From the NCBI GenBank assembly GCA_000002435.2, contig CM018790.1: 64,000 bases of DNA. One strand, 5' to 3'. Positions 1-10,156 of the stretch are shown piece after piece; position 1 is the first letter of the stretch, and every line of letters starts with the position of its first letter. The notes below the pieces were generated by a model. That model searched no databases. It worked only from the letters and a program-made list of their open reading frames with translations, and had not been told where the DNA came from. The position numbers were made by a program, and so were the translations under genes. This DNA is from Giardia intestinalis (lineage: Eukaryota).

Positions 1-35
1 GGACTCGTTGGGAAGAAGCTTACATCTCATCTGTG

Positions 36-3000
36 TCAAATGATGATCTCGTGCTCCTGCTCTACTAGGTCATTCAGCTTCCATAGGTTGCCTCGCACTC
101 TGCTGCATTCTGTAAACGCGACATGGTAGTCTAAGCATATGCTTAGTGCACGTAATCCATCAATGTCCAGGTAGCAGTACTTCACGAGAATCGAATGGTT
201 ACGGTGCATTATCCGCAAGAGAAGCTCATCCTGGTTTGTTTCATATGCTAGACGGAACTCCCGATTGGCCATTTTGCGCAGCAACCTGAGAGGATTGCCT
301 CCATAAATCTCGTTGGCTAGAATACGGTCAAACTTTTCCTCAGGCATCGCCACAAAGACGTAAGCCAAGAACGTCGACGAGAGGAAACCCATGTAGCGAA
401 GAGCACGGAGTCGCTCTGCAAACGTCAATTCTACATCAACCTCTCTAATGTGCTCCACTGCACGTTGAAAGTACCTGCAATAGTCGATAAACTTGTATCT
501 AAATGCCTGTATCTTGCTGGGGACAAATCCCAGGGGCACGATGCGCGTGTCTGCATGCTTCTCCATTCTATGCTCGTCCAGAAATGTGAGAAGTGTCGAC
601 AGGATGTCTTTGCTGATGCCGAAAAATCGCTCATAGCCGTGCATAATGAACAGCAACGAGAAGAGCTGTATGCCCGGCGTGTACCGCTCGGAGAAAAGAT
701 GAGAAATGGGGCCGCTTGGCCGAGCAGCATCTGCCCCTGTGACACGAAGGAGCAGCAAGGGGAGCAGAGGAAGGGTCGCATCGGTTATGCTCTGCGGCGT
801 CACTCCCGCTTCTACCAACTGCTTAACGGTGACTATGGCCCTTTCTGGCGCCAGATGTAGAGACCCAGGAGCCATGCGAAGAGCGAGATAAGTCAGGTTC
901 CTGTACGGGGCCGGCACGACAGTGCGCTGAATGTATCCATAAAGCCTGTTGGGCAACTTCTTCGAGAGGTTGGCTGTCTGGTATTGTAGATCATTATACT
1001 CTTTTTCAAAGTTAGTGTTTGGCTTGTAATCCACCTTTTCAGGCCTGACAAGCCGCTCCGGCTCTTCAAAGTTGAACATAGTTAGCTCTGCAAATGAGAC
1101 ATTCGCGTCAGATTTGGAGGGGGCGAAGGAATGAAGCTCGGCTTCATGTCCTTTGAAAATCACGGCCTCGTACGTGGCACATGGCTCCAATAACAGTTCT
1201 AGGAAGATGTCGCCAAACAGCACCGGGCAGATCTCTGCCTTGTCTATGGCGTAGCGGTTAATAGCATCAGTTACGTCACCTATATAATCCATTGCTTCCT
1301 TCTTTGTCTCACTCGTCCCTACTTTTGCGAGAATTTTGGTGCTAACCTTGGCGCAATCAATGGAGTTTAGCGTACAGAACAAAATGGGGTCTGAGACAGC
1401 CTTGTCCAGTGCAGCATGCAAAAATGGGTAGATTGAGCTGATAAGGCATAGAATATCTGGATTATCTGCTGCAGGCTCAAGTGTCTGTAATTGAGTGGCT
1501 ATTGCAGACGATATGTGGCCGCCAGAGAAGAGGCTGCTCGGAGAGTACCCATAGATATCACTGAGAGAAAAACCAGCTCTACAGAGATATGAAAAGAGTA
1601 GGATGGTATAGACATTTTGATGCGAATCCATGGTACCGTTGTGTAGAAACAACAACACATGAATGTAAGGGATGAATATGAGATGATCTAGAGAGCCTTC
1701 CGAGCCCAACAGAGCTGATGAATTGATAAGTATTGGATAACCGGCCACATTGATCACATCTTGAAGAGGAGCAGATCCATTGGACAGGGTCTGTGCAGTA
1801 ATATTTGTTACAAGGGTCAGTGCAGTGGAAAGAAAGTTTCTCGTATGCTGAACAAGCGGATGGGGCACGAGGTTCAGAACTGTCTCAACAAAGCATTGAT
1901 ACTCCGACAGGTTAATCGACCGTACTGTAGAGATCGAGTCTTCGCTTGGTATAGAAATATCTTTCCATGAATAAAGACTGTGAATGTGCGCATTGAGCTC
2001 ACCTGTAAACAAAAGTAAAGGCCTCACTGAGACTGGGGAACGAGACATCACCCTGCCGAGATATGTATTTATGTACTCCAACTGCAGGGGTATACTTGCA
2101 CCAATCCTGTCCATGTTCTGGCTGGGAATCATCCTCTGGACGGTGTCTGTGCTGACCTTGGAACTCAAGAGTTGAGAGGAGGAGAGGTCCATAGTTCGCA
2201 TAAGATCTATGCACCTATTCAAAAGCTTGGACTGGCACACTTGGTACTTTCCCAGAAAGATGCAGTTCTTGACGGTCGAATCTGTGTTGTTAGCTGCGGC
2301 CAATCCGTAGGTATTAAGAAGAATAAACGATAAAAGAACAGAAACCAGGTCTTCGATGACACTGGCTTTAGAGTCGTCGGCAAGTGCTGGTGCATTATCT
2401 GGCAGATTGGCCGTCAAAAAGTTTATGCAGAACAGAAGGACCTCTGTGAGAAGAGCGTCTTCCCAATAAAGCATATTTCTGATAGTAATGAAGAAATTGG
2501 ACAATCGCTTGTGTATTGGGCTGTCTTTCTTAATATGTGTGCGGCGTGTTATAAGCTGCCCATCGATGGCAATGGCATTTGAGGTTGCTATTGATGGCCC
2601 ACTGCCAGGAGAATTATTGATGAAATTGTCCATTGGGAAGGCCACAACTATGGAGGAGATAGAGAACTCGCCTGGTTGCGTGGGCAGCATCAAAAGATGT
2701 AGAAATGAAGTTGCGGCATGGATTGAGTCCACAGCTATTTGCCTTTGGAGAGCAAGGAGCACAAGAGCGAAGAGAATGGAGCATCCCCCCAAGGCATCAA
2801 CCAATGACTTCAAAGATTGGTGTAGTGCATCGCACAACCTTTCCTTTTCACCTGAGAAGGAAACGTACTCTGAAGCAAGCAATACTTTGGCAGCATCTTC
2901 ACATAGCGCCCTCGTATCGAGCTGAGCAGCTAATTCTTCTAGCTTTTGCTGACTAAATTTGTGCATCGAAGGGTGAAGTAAGACACTAGATTCTGCTAGT

Positions 3001-5645
3001 AGGTCGCAGACCATTTGCGCAAGATCCTGACTGAAGCGACAGCGCTCCCCGATCATCAAGGACATAGACCCCGAAAGAAGTACGGTAAGGGGCGACGGTT
3101 GATCTTCAGAAAGATCGATCTGCAGGAGATCTTGGAAGCGTCTAGTCAAGATGCCAAGATGGCAATTATCAAACCGCCTATAGAGCTTCCGCTGAGCGAT
3201 AAGGTCTGCCCTCAATATGCTGAGGTCGACGTAACCGTCAGTGGTCGCCATATCCTTCGGTATCCACTTTCCATCATTGAGGCTATAGAGACTTAGAGGT
3301 CCAAAAGTGCAGTTGTAAAGAAGCGCCATGTTACTGAAGCACGTGTAGAGATATAGGCCGATGACGCCCAGCCGTTCTGCAACCTCATCCGCATCCTTTC
3401 CCGCATCAAGGCACACCTTCTCGGTATAAGTAATAATCCTCTCCACTTGCCCCCGAATGCTCGAAATGGAAGGCAGCAGACGACGAACAGCGGAGAAGAG
3501 GGCCTGGTCCGGCCGGTGAAGCATGCATCTCTTTATCACAGCCGTATACGTCTCTAGAATTAATCCAAGGGAGAGAAACTGCATTGCTAGAGGTGAGTCG
3601 CATAACCCGTGGAACAACAAATCGAAGGAACTAGGAAAGTATTTTATCAGAAGCTTGGGGACATGCTCCCCTGGCACCGAAAGGCTTATGTACTTGCCAA
3701 AAGAATCATACTTGGTGCGTTCAGAGCCAGCAGAGAGAATCTTTTTGATCTTATCGAGTCCCTGGAGCATAAACGTGTAAAACCCGTCCGCAGCTGAATA
3801 CATCCGTGTTGGCCGCGTGGCAAAGAAGGTATACGAGAAGCTGAAGAAGCCACCACCCGTGCTAACGGCCAGGATGTGCTCTGGATAACGGTCGCTAGGA
3901 GACTGAAGCAATATCCGGTCGTTATCTGGCCGTAGAACAGCGGGGACAAGGACTTGAAGATCTTCAGAGAGCTTCCTCTGATACTCTGCTACCTCCTGCA
4001 TCTGCATCTGCGACGTGTTCAAGATATCCACTTCCTTGTGAACATTCGAGTTGTTGTCTATTCGTGCGTGTCTGAGGCAAAGGGAAAGATCAAACTTAGA
4101 ATTCTGTGGGAAGAAGTGGTTGCTGTGGACGCCACCGCCCGATAAGTCAAGCGTATTGCTAACTGAGTTGGAGTCTAAAGGGTCCCTTAGCGACGCTATA
4201 AGTATACGCAGAAGTTGAAGGTACGTACTAATCGTGGTGAAATCTTCAGAGCCAACAATGTCTCTGCTATTTTTAGCAAAGAATGGCAGCTTTGCGACAT
4301 GCTTGATGGAACTGGGATTGGTTTGTGAAATGAATTGAAATAGTTTGACGAGATGAGTCGCCTTAGCAAAATCGGTTGATGAGAAAATAGAGTTCAGTAT
4401 AGAGCACAGCATTTCGAGTATCTTAATCGCAGAAGATCGCGAGGTCCGATGAATCCAAGAGGAGAGCTCCACAGACGGACCCTCCGAGCTATATGTGCCT
4501 GAGCCGTCATCAAATGAGTATCCATTAACGACCAGCGCATCATACATAGTGGCTTTCCGAGGCTCTAAAATGAACTGCTCATTGGTGCCGCCACGAGTTT
4601 CGATTTGCAACTGTCGCTCTGTAGGTGACGCGTTAGCGATTATTGGTCGAACAAAATCAAAATACGTTTGGATGGCTCTGGCCATTAGAGGTGATTTGCA
4701 ATAAAACGAGTCAGTTCCCAACTTGAGTACCGATACGAGCTGTTGAACTGGAAGAGGCCCCAACTCCAGAACAACTCCCTTGTCCGCATTAGCTCCCTGA
4801 AGCATACTGTAGTAATCTAACACACTGATGAGCTTGACGCGCTTCATAATGGCCAGAAGCGCGTAGGCGAGTTCATTTTGCGCTTCAGTTGGCATGCAGT
4901 GGAGGGATTTCTGAACGAGCAAGACAACCGTTTTCAAGTTGTATACAGATATGACGCGTTGGATGAAGAGAGGATTACAATAGGAGAAGAGATTGCCAAT
5001 GAACGAAATCACTCTAAACTTGGGGCCCTTAAATATATCGTCCCTGGAATAAACGCGGACAACGTCATCCTTATGTCCTCTCAGGACCACGTGATCGGCA
5101 CTCTTGAACTGATTTAAGTTCCCAATGGAGACGCGGGTATACACAGGAGACGGACAGTCGGCCAGGCGTGGGAGAAGCATGCTGCCCGGTGGAACCAAGG
5201 ACACAAGCGCGTGAATACTCATGGACGGATATAGCTTGAACAGCTTGGTAATCATCTGAACAACAAGAGTGATGGGAGGAAAAATAACCTTGTAAGCCTC
5301 CATCTCTTTTTCTATTGGCTTCCAAAGAGGCCCTACCCACTGCATCTTTTCAATTTTGGCGATTATCAGCTTTGTCTGTGCAAAGTGCCTAATAGAGTCC
5401 AAAACCGCGTTACATAGTTCTAGCTGAGCAATCAGATGGGTGTAATCATCCAGCTCGAGCGTTTCGGGGAATGCGTAATCCAGCGCATCAGAGTTTCCCA
5501 ATAGAGCATCAACAAGAGACCAATCACTGGGGGGAGCCTTTTGCTCCTGTAAAAGCGCATCTCTGAACGCGTGCAGAGCTGAGATACGCCCGTGTGTTCC
5601 TGCAGACCACGTCGCGTGCTCTGAGAAGAACGCGACGCTTTGCAT
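36..5645 (-). CDS. Large hypothetical protein (1869 aa); no domain recognisable by eye
   Basis: Uninterrupted 5.6-kb ORF with an ATG start (rc of 5643-5645 = ATG). It is divergent from the LRR gene with only a 42-bp AT-rich spacer. Confidence 0.7.
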   Translation of the reverse strand: MQSVAFFSEHATWSAGTHGRISALHAFRDALLQEQKAPPSDWSLVDALLGNSDALDYAFPETLELDDYTHLIAQLELCNAVLDSIRHFAQTKLIIAKIEKMQWVGPLWKPIEKEMEAYKVIFPPITLVVQMITKLFKLYPSMSIHALVSLVPPGSMLLPRLADCPSPVYTRVSIGNLNQFKSADHVVLRGHKDDVVRVYSRDDIFKGPKFRVISFIGNLFSYCNPLFIQRVISVYNLKTVVLLVQKSLHCMPTEAQNELAYALLAIMKRVKLISVLDYYSMLQGANADKGVVLELGPLPVQQLVSVLKLGTDSFYCKSPLMARAIQTYFDFVRPIIANASPTERQLQIETRGGTNEQFILEPRKATMYDALVVNGYSFDDGSGTYSSEGPSVELSSWIHRTSRSSAIKILEMLCSILNSIFSSTDFAKATHLVKLFQFISQTNPSSIKHVAKLPFFAKNSRDIVGSEDFTTISTYLQLLRILIASLRDPLDSNSVSNTLDLSGGGVHSNHFFPQNSKFDLSLCLRHARIDNNSNVHKEVDILNTSQMQMQEVAEYQRKLSEDLQVLVPAVLRPDNDRILLQSPSDRYPEHILAVSTGGGFFSFSYTFFATRPTRMYSAADGFYTFMLQGLDKIKKILSAGSERTKYDSFGKYISLSVPGEHVPKLLIKYFPSSFDLLFHGLCDSPLAMQFLSLGLILETYTAVIKRCMLHRPDQALFSAVRRLLPSISSIRGQVERIITYTEKVCLDAGKDADEVAERLGVIGLYLYTCFSNMALLYNCTFGPLSLYSLNDGKWIPKDMATTDGYVDLSILRADLIAQRKLYRRFDNCHLGILTRRFQDLLQIDLSEDQPSPLTVLLSGSMSLMIGERCRFSQDLAQMVCDLLAESSVLLHPSMHKFSQQKLEELAAQLDTRALCEDAAKVLLASEYVSFSGEKERLCDALHQSLKSLVDALGGCSILFALVLLALQRQIAVDSIHAATSFLHLLMLPTQPGEFSISSIVVAFPMDNFINNSPGSGPSIATSNAIAIDGQLITRRTHIKKDSPIHKRLSNFFITIRNMLYWEDALLTEVLLFCINFLTANLPDNAPALADDSKASVIEDLVSVLLSFILLNTYGLAAANNTDSTVKNCIFLGKYQVCQSKLLNRCIDLMRTMDLSSSQLLSSKVSTDTVQRMIPSQNMDRIGASIPLQLEYINTYLGRVMSRSPVSVRPLLLFTGELNAHIHSLYSWKDISIPSEDSISTVRSINLSEYQCFVETVLNLVPHPLVQHTRNFLSTALTLVTNITAQTLSNGSAPLQDVINVAGYPILINSSALLGSEGSLDHLIFIPYIHVLLFLHNGTMDSHQNVYTILLFSYLCRAGFSLSDIYGYSPSSLFSGGHISSAIATQLQTLEPAADNPDILCLISSIYPFLHAALDKAVSDPILFCTLNSIDCAKVSTKILAKVGTSETKKEAMDYIGDVTDAINRYAIDKAEICPVLFGDIFLELLLEPCATYEAVIFKGHEAELHSFAPSKSDANVSFAELTMFNFEEPERLVRPEKVDYKPNTNFEKEYNDLQYQTANLSKKLPNRLYGYIQRTVVPAPYRNLTYLALRMAPGSLHLAPERAIVTVKQLVEAGVTPQSITDATLPLLPLLLLRVTGADAARPSGPISHLFSERYTPGIQLFSLLFIMHGYERFFGISKDILSTLLTFLDEHRMEKHADTRIVPLGFVPSKIQAFRYKFIDYCRYFQRAVEHIREVDVELTFAERLRALRYMGFLSSTFLAYVFVAMPEEKFDRILANEIYGGNPLRLLRKMANREFRLAYETNQDELLLRIMHRNHSILVKYCYLDIDGLRALSICLDYHVAFTECSRVRGNLWKLNDLVEQEHEIII

Positions 5646-5687
5646 TTATTAGTAGATTAAACGAAAAAAGGAAGAGACCAGCCAGAA

Positions 5688-7415
5688 ATGGCTCAAAGGT
5701 ACATCGAGGCATGCGAAAAGCTCGGGATACGCCCGCGAGAGTTAATCGTAAGCTTCCTGAAAAACTCCTCTACCCGATTGAATCTCTATGGGGCTCAGAA
5801 AGAACTTTATATGAATAGGCTTGTAGACAAAGATGTAGAGGCGTTGCAGCTAGGACTCGCGGATGCGCGTCTGTCAGAATTCGTTATAGATCTCAGCTGC
5901 AATGATTTGACAGATATTTCTCTTGTGTATTTGGGCTCCATTGTTTCCACCTGTCCTCTGATAGGCTTGTCCATCAGAGGAAACAAGTTCACGAGAAAAG
6001 GTGCCATTGAGCAACTAGCCTCTGAATCATTCCTGATGGCTACCACGTGTCAATTGCAGTATCTAGATTTGTCTGAAAACAGTTTCGAAAGCAGTGGAAC
6101 AGCCGCCATCATGCGAGCCATCCTCAATTCAGAGCCTCTGCATTACGGGGTGTACACCGAAACACCCTATATGGCTCCCAAAATCACACGTGTTCGTGCC
6201 TACGGGTATCTGCAGTATTTGGACTTATCTAGCACTGGATTTGGAGAGCAGGCAAATCTCTATCTTTGCGATTATATGCGTTCACGATTTTGTGGCTTAC
6301 GAGAACTGAAGCTGTCTGCCTGTCAATACTCTGCTGTAGCTAACTATAGCACCGACACAGATGAAGACTATAGTGGCTTCTTCAGGTTCGCTGATGCACT
6401 CAAAAGAAATACAAGCCTTGAGGCGCTGAGTCTACGCTCTAACAAGTGCCTCGACAATGAAGCAGCTGTGCGCATCATCCGGGCATTGGTGGCAGAAGTC
6501 CCGGAGCTGGATAAAAAGCAGGATAATGTTGACAACCCAGGATGCTTGCGCCGCATAGAAGAGTACAGGCATTTCTATAGACTAGGAACAGGACTAACGG
6601 AGCAGAACCTGGTTGCAGGTCCTAGAAATACGGAGTCGTGCTTGCCGGCAGCTCTTCCATCGAAGGCAGAGTATGACAAGCGAATATCAGAACTGGAAGC
6701 TCGAGCGAATGGAGGCAATGTAGCACAGGTGAAATTAGCAGATATGTCCATATATTGTCAGGAAGATAAAACGAGTCCAGTTAAGGTTGCGGTGACTCCT
6801 CTTCGCTATATAGATTTATCATGCAACAATCTGTGCTTTGATGTAGCAAATGCTATTGCAGACCATTTGCGTAGTCCAGATTCAGTCCTGTCTGTCCTGG
6901 TTCTAGATGGGGTTTCTCTAAGAAACAGGGGGATCAATGCCCTTGCCAAAGCACTGATTGCATACGCTCCTAGCGCGATTATTCTTGACGAGCTAGCTCA
7001 TAAGCATGTTGATGAGCAAGGCATTCCTGTCTTCAATTCCGAGATAGAATTCTTCGGTTGTCTTGGAAAGACCTCTGCCGGAATCTGTCTGAGCCTACGC
7101 AGATCTTCAATAAGGGGACAGGGACTGGCAACCCTTGCCCTCCTGTGCCGCCACAACCAACTGATCGACTACGTTGCTATTGAGGGGTGTACCCTGGCAC
7201 CAGAGGAGGGAGAAGCTGGCACGGTTAATGAGGGTAAGCGGTGGGCTCCAGACATCGAGTGGGAGGCGACGTTCATAGCACGCAACGAAGCCATGAGGCC
7301 CATACGGTGTGACTTTGGATTAAGGCGTAACAGTGATGGGGTTCTTCAGTTTTATAAGGAGGATGCATTGATTCTGTGCGGAATTTATGCTTTCCAGCCT
7401 AGGTACTTGTCCTGA
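5688..7415 (+). CDS. Leucine-rich repeat protein, ribonuclease-inhibitor (RNI)-like LRR type
   Basis: ATG at 5688. Repeated LxxLxLSxNxL/LDLSxN units (LSCNDLTDISL, LDLSENSFESSG, LDLSSTGF, LSLRSNKCLDNEAAVRII, IDLSCNNLCFDVANAIADHL). A GTGAAC poly(A)-like motif follows the stop. Confidence 0.75.
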   Translation: MAQRYIEACEKLGIRPRELIVSFLKNSSTRLNLYGAQKELYMNRLVDKDVEALQLGLADARLSEFVIDLSCNDLTDISLVYLGSIVSTCPLIGLSIRGNKFTRKGAIEQLASESFLMATTCQLQYLDLSENSFESSGTAAIMRAILNSEPLHYGVYTETPYMAPKITRVRAYGYLQYLDLSSTGFGEQANLYLCDYMRSRFCGLRELKLSACQYSAVANYSTDTDEDYSGFFRFADALKRNTSLEALSLRSNKCLDNEAAVRIIRALVAEVPELDKKQDNVDNPGCLRRIEEYRHFYRLGTGLTEQNLVAGPRNTESCLPAALPSKAEYDKRISELEARANGGNVAQVKLADMSIYCQEDKTSPVKVAVTPLRYIDLSCNNLCFDVANAIADHLRSPDSVLSVLVLDGVSLRNRGINALAKALIAYAPSAIILDELAHKHVDEQGIPVFNSEIEFFGCLGKTSAGICLSLRRSSIRGQGLATLALLCRHNQLIDYVAIEGCTLAPEEGEAGTVNEGKRWAPDIEWEATFIARNEAMRPIRCDFGLRRNSDGVLQFYKEDALILCGIYAFQPRYLS

Positions 7416-7688
7416 TTCGCTAGCTGAATGATGGTGAACATTTGCGTGTGCCACATCACTGACCACCAGCTGTCACCGATAATTTGATATAAGTCTTATG
7501 TCTATGAAAGAAGTGAATGTCGATTGAGTTTTGATTTCAAGGGACACCTTTGCGAAAATTCTACTCTCCAGAGAGTATGTCTTCCACAACAAAAGGGATA
7601 AATAGTAAAGTAAAGCTATGTTATCCACGCACATCAGATTGCAATTAATCTCAAAGTTCAAAAACTTCGGACGATCCGTTTTGGATCC

Positions 7689-8654
7689 ATGGGAGAAGAC
7701 GACGGCACCCCCTCGTGTAGCATTTTTCAGCTAATTGTTACTACTGGAGTGAACGGCTGCATGCTTCTCAGCTCCATTGTACTTCTGGGAATATTTCTTC
7801 GGTCTTGTAGGCACTACGATCACAAAGAGGGTAAGCGGTACATTCTTGCCCATACAGTTCTTGTCTTTCTCTATCTGATTCGCATTGTGTGGGCGATAAT
7901 AGGGCTAACTCTTGTAGCCTATCCATCTAGTGATGCATTGAAAGGGGTATCTAAGTTTTTGAATCGCGTTGCATGTCTCCTTTTTTACCTATCCCTCAGC
8001 TACTATGCCAGAAACTGGCTTTATGTGCTGCTTTACTTGAAGTGGCGACGGGCAGCAAGTTTATGCAGAATAGCGTTCATACTGATTGACTCTTTCTTGA
8101 GCTTGTTTGTGCTCATTGCAGCCATAATAAAGCTACTTCCCGTTGAGAAGGACTCATACCCCAACCTCTTAGCGTATAGCACCCAGATTATTGGGTATTC
8201 GTCGCTGGCCATTGTTTTGTTCTACACAATCATTGGCACCATCGTACTGTGTCTCTGGCGCGAACATATTGTTGGAAGAACAGTCGTTAAGCAGTTCTAT
8301 ATTGTAGCTATCATATTTATCCTAAGCTCTGTTTTGCGTATGGTGCTTTTCAATTGGCACCAATGGTTTGATGCTTATGTTCCTTGTGACGTTTTCAATA
8401 TCGCTTGCATCGCACTACCTGACTGCTGTGTTGGAGGATGCCTCATGAAAGTGTACTATGTCTCACTATGCACTAACCTTGATCCAATGACCAGCGAGTC
8501 ATCACAAACCAGGTCTTCTGCACTGAGATTTAAGAAGGTTTATTCTGCCAACTCTATTGAGCCTATTCAGCGTTTAGATTCTTCCACACCGAGAGACACT
8601 ACTCACAATCAGTTCAGTGAAGACTATTATTCTTATCATTCCCTGCTTAACTGA
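7689..8654 (+). CDS. Polytopic membrane protein (about 7 predicted TM helices), hypothetical
   Basis: ATG at 7689. Alternating long hydrophobic stretches (LLSSIVLLGIFL, VLVFLYLIRIVWAIIGLTLVAY, FILIDSFLSLFVLIAAIIKLL, IVLFYTIIGTIVLCLW, FYIVAIIFILSSVLRMVLF). Confidence 0.6.
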   Translation: MGEDDGTPSCSIFQLIVTTGVNGCMLLSSIVLLGIFLRSCRHYDHKEGKRYILAHTVLVFLYLIRIVWAIIGLTLVAYPSSDALKGVSKFLNRVACLLFYLSLSYYARNWLYVLLYLKWRRAASLCRIAFILIDSFLSLFVLIAAIIKLLPVEKDSYPNLLAYSTQIIGYSSLAIVLFYTIIGTIVLCLWREHIVGRTVVKQFYIVAIIFILSSVLRMVLFNWHQWFDAYVPCDVFNIACIALPDCCVGGCLMKVYYVSLCTNLDPMTSESSQTRSSALRFKKVYSANSIEPIQRLDSSTPRDTTHNQFSEDYYSYHSLLN

Positions 8655-8685
8655 TTCCCTGCGCGGTTGCGGATTTTAGAAAATT

Positions 8686-9477
8686 ATGATTAAGCGTGAC
8701 TCTGTTTCTAGACTGCTCTATATCTGTAATCTATCCTTCAGTTGTTGTCTCTTGGTAGTAGTTTGTGCTCTCTACGTTATGGAGTACTTTACTGGTAGGG
8801 AATCATCCACCTTTACTCTGTCTTATTATGCGCTATTTTTAATATTAGCTTTCATCGTTGGCGGAACGCTCTTCATGGGAATAATCCAACTAAGAAAAAC
8901 AGTATTGAACTGGTTTGTTTGCAGATATATATCATGTGGCCTTAACATATATGGGCTACTTGTGCATGCCATCTATCTAATCTTTGTAATTTGGTTCGTT
9001 CCTTTGGCTAGATTATTAGCAAGCGGGCTCTGCGTCTTTATAGAAACGTTACACACCATTCTGCTATTTAACTATGCTAGCAGCATACACTATACTGCAG
9101 CTTATGCTACACGACTTGCTCTTGTGGGTTGCCTGTTCATTGACCAGATGGTCCAGTTCATTGAGCTGTCAACTAACATATCTGGAAACGAAACCAATCA
9201 TAAATATATGCTTATAGAGGCATCTATCTTATATACCGTGATCGTTATAGGCTCATCTGCTGCCTTAAGGTCTCTTTCTATGTCATTTGTTAGCTCCATA
9301 GTGCTGCTCTCTTGGACACTTTCTTCATCAGTCGAAGGGACTCTTCACTTGGTCTTGATAATTGAGTCTATTATCTCTATAATATCGCTAGGAGCTATTA
9401 GCGCATATCATGGTCTCCAGTTTCGGAGACGAAAAAGAGCTATTCATTTAGAAGAGCCCAGCTATGCTACAGATTAG
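8686..9477 (+). CDS. Polytopic membrane protein (about 6-7 TM helices), hypothetical; second member of a tandem pair
   Basis: ATG at 8686. It lies 31 bp downstream of the previous membrane-protein gene. Hydrophobic helices include CCLLVVVCALYVM, YALFLILAFIVGGTLFMGII and YLIFVIWFVPLARLLASGLCVFI. Confidence 0.6.
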   Translation: MIKRDSVSRLLYICNLSFSCCLLVVVCALYVMEYFTGRESSTFTLSYYALFLILAFIVGGTLFMGIIQLRKTVLNWFVCRYISCGLNIYGLLVHAIYLIFVIWFVPLARLLASGLCVFIETLHTILLFNYASSIHYTAAYATRLALVGCLFIDQMVQFIELSTNISGNETNHKYMLIEASILYTVIVIGSSAALRSLSMSFVSSIVLLSWTLSSSVEGTLHLVLIIESIISIISLGAISAYHGLQFRRRKRAIHLEEPSYATD

Positions 9478-10123
9478 TAGACTCTACTATGGGTTTTCCT
9501 GAGGGCACTTTTGCTTTCGTAGTTGTGAAATTAGCAGTTGATGCATGAGAAAGAGGCTGAGAGGTTGAGAATTGAGAGGGTTCGTGCCAAATTTCATCCA
9601 GATTACTGGTGCTCATTTCTATCTTGGCCCTGAGAACTTGTGATGCCTGAGAACGACTCGCATCATTTGCCATTTTGGTCGCCATGTCATCAATGGTTAG
9701 CGCATACTGTAGATTTGGGGAGCGCAATTGATCTGCCCTTTCAGGTCCATTCTGTGCCGCAGGACTCTTGCCTTCTATCTCTCTAAAATGTTCACCGACT
9801 GAAGAAGGCTTACTGGCCCGTGAATACATGAGTCTTGAACTATTATAGCTATCATTTGTGCTCAACATATCTGCTGGGGCCTGTATATCTGCAACTCCGA
9901 GCTTCGAGAGGATAGCAGAGGCATCTCGAGCCGATTGACGGGTCCTTACAGTGGAATGACGCTTCATTTCTGTGGTCTGGACCTCGTGGAGGAAGTCTTT
10001 CTTTAGCGGGCCTTCCTGCCTTCCTACCTCCTTGTTTGTCTTTCCCTTAATCCTCTGAGGGGGTTTTTGTTCTGTTGAGCGTTTTACAAGCGCGTCAAGG
10101 CCTTTAAACAGATCCGCAGGCAT
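9467..10123 (-). CDS. Hypothetical low-complexity protein (218 aa from the first non-overlapping ATG)
   Basis: The ORF-track entry 9467..10378 overlaps the kinase start in antisense. The internal Met (MPADLF...) at 10123 gives an ORF that ends 33 bp before the divergent kinase ATG. There is no recognisable domain, so it may be spurious. Confidence 0.3.
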   Translation of the reverse strand: MPADLFKGLDALVKRSTEQKPPQRIKGKTNKEVGRQEGPLKKDFLHEVQTTEMKRHSTVRTRQSARDASAILSKLGVADIQAPADMLSTNDSYNSSRLMYSRASKPSSVGEHFREIEGKSPAAQNGPERADQLRSPNLQYALTIDDMATKMANDASRSQASQVLRAKIEMSTSNLDEIWHEPSQFSTSQPLSHASTANFTTTKAKVPSGKPIVESTNL

Positions 10124-10156
10124 AGCAACTTTTGTTAAAAAACCTGTCTCAGCTGC

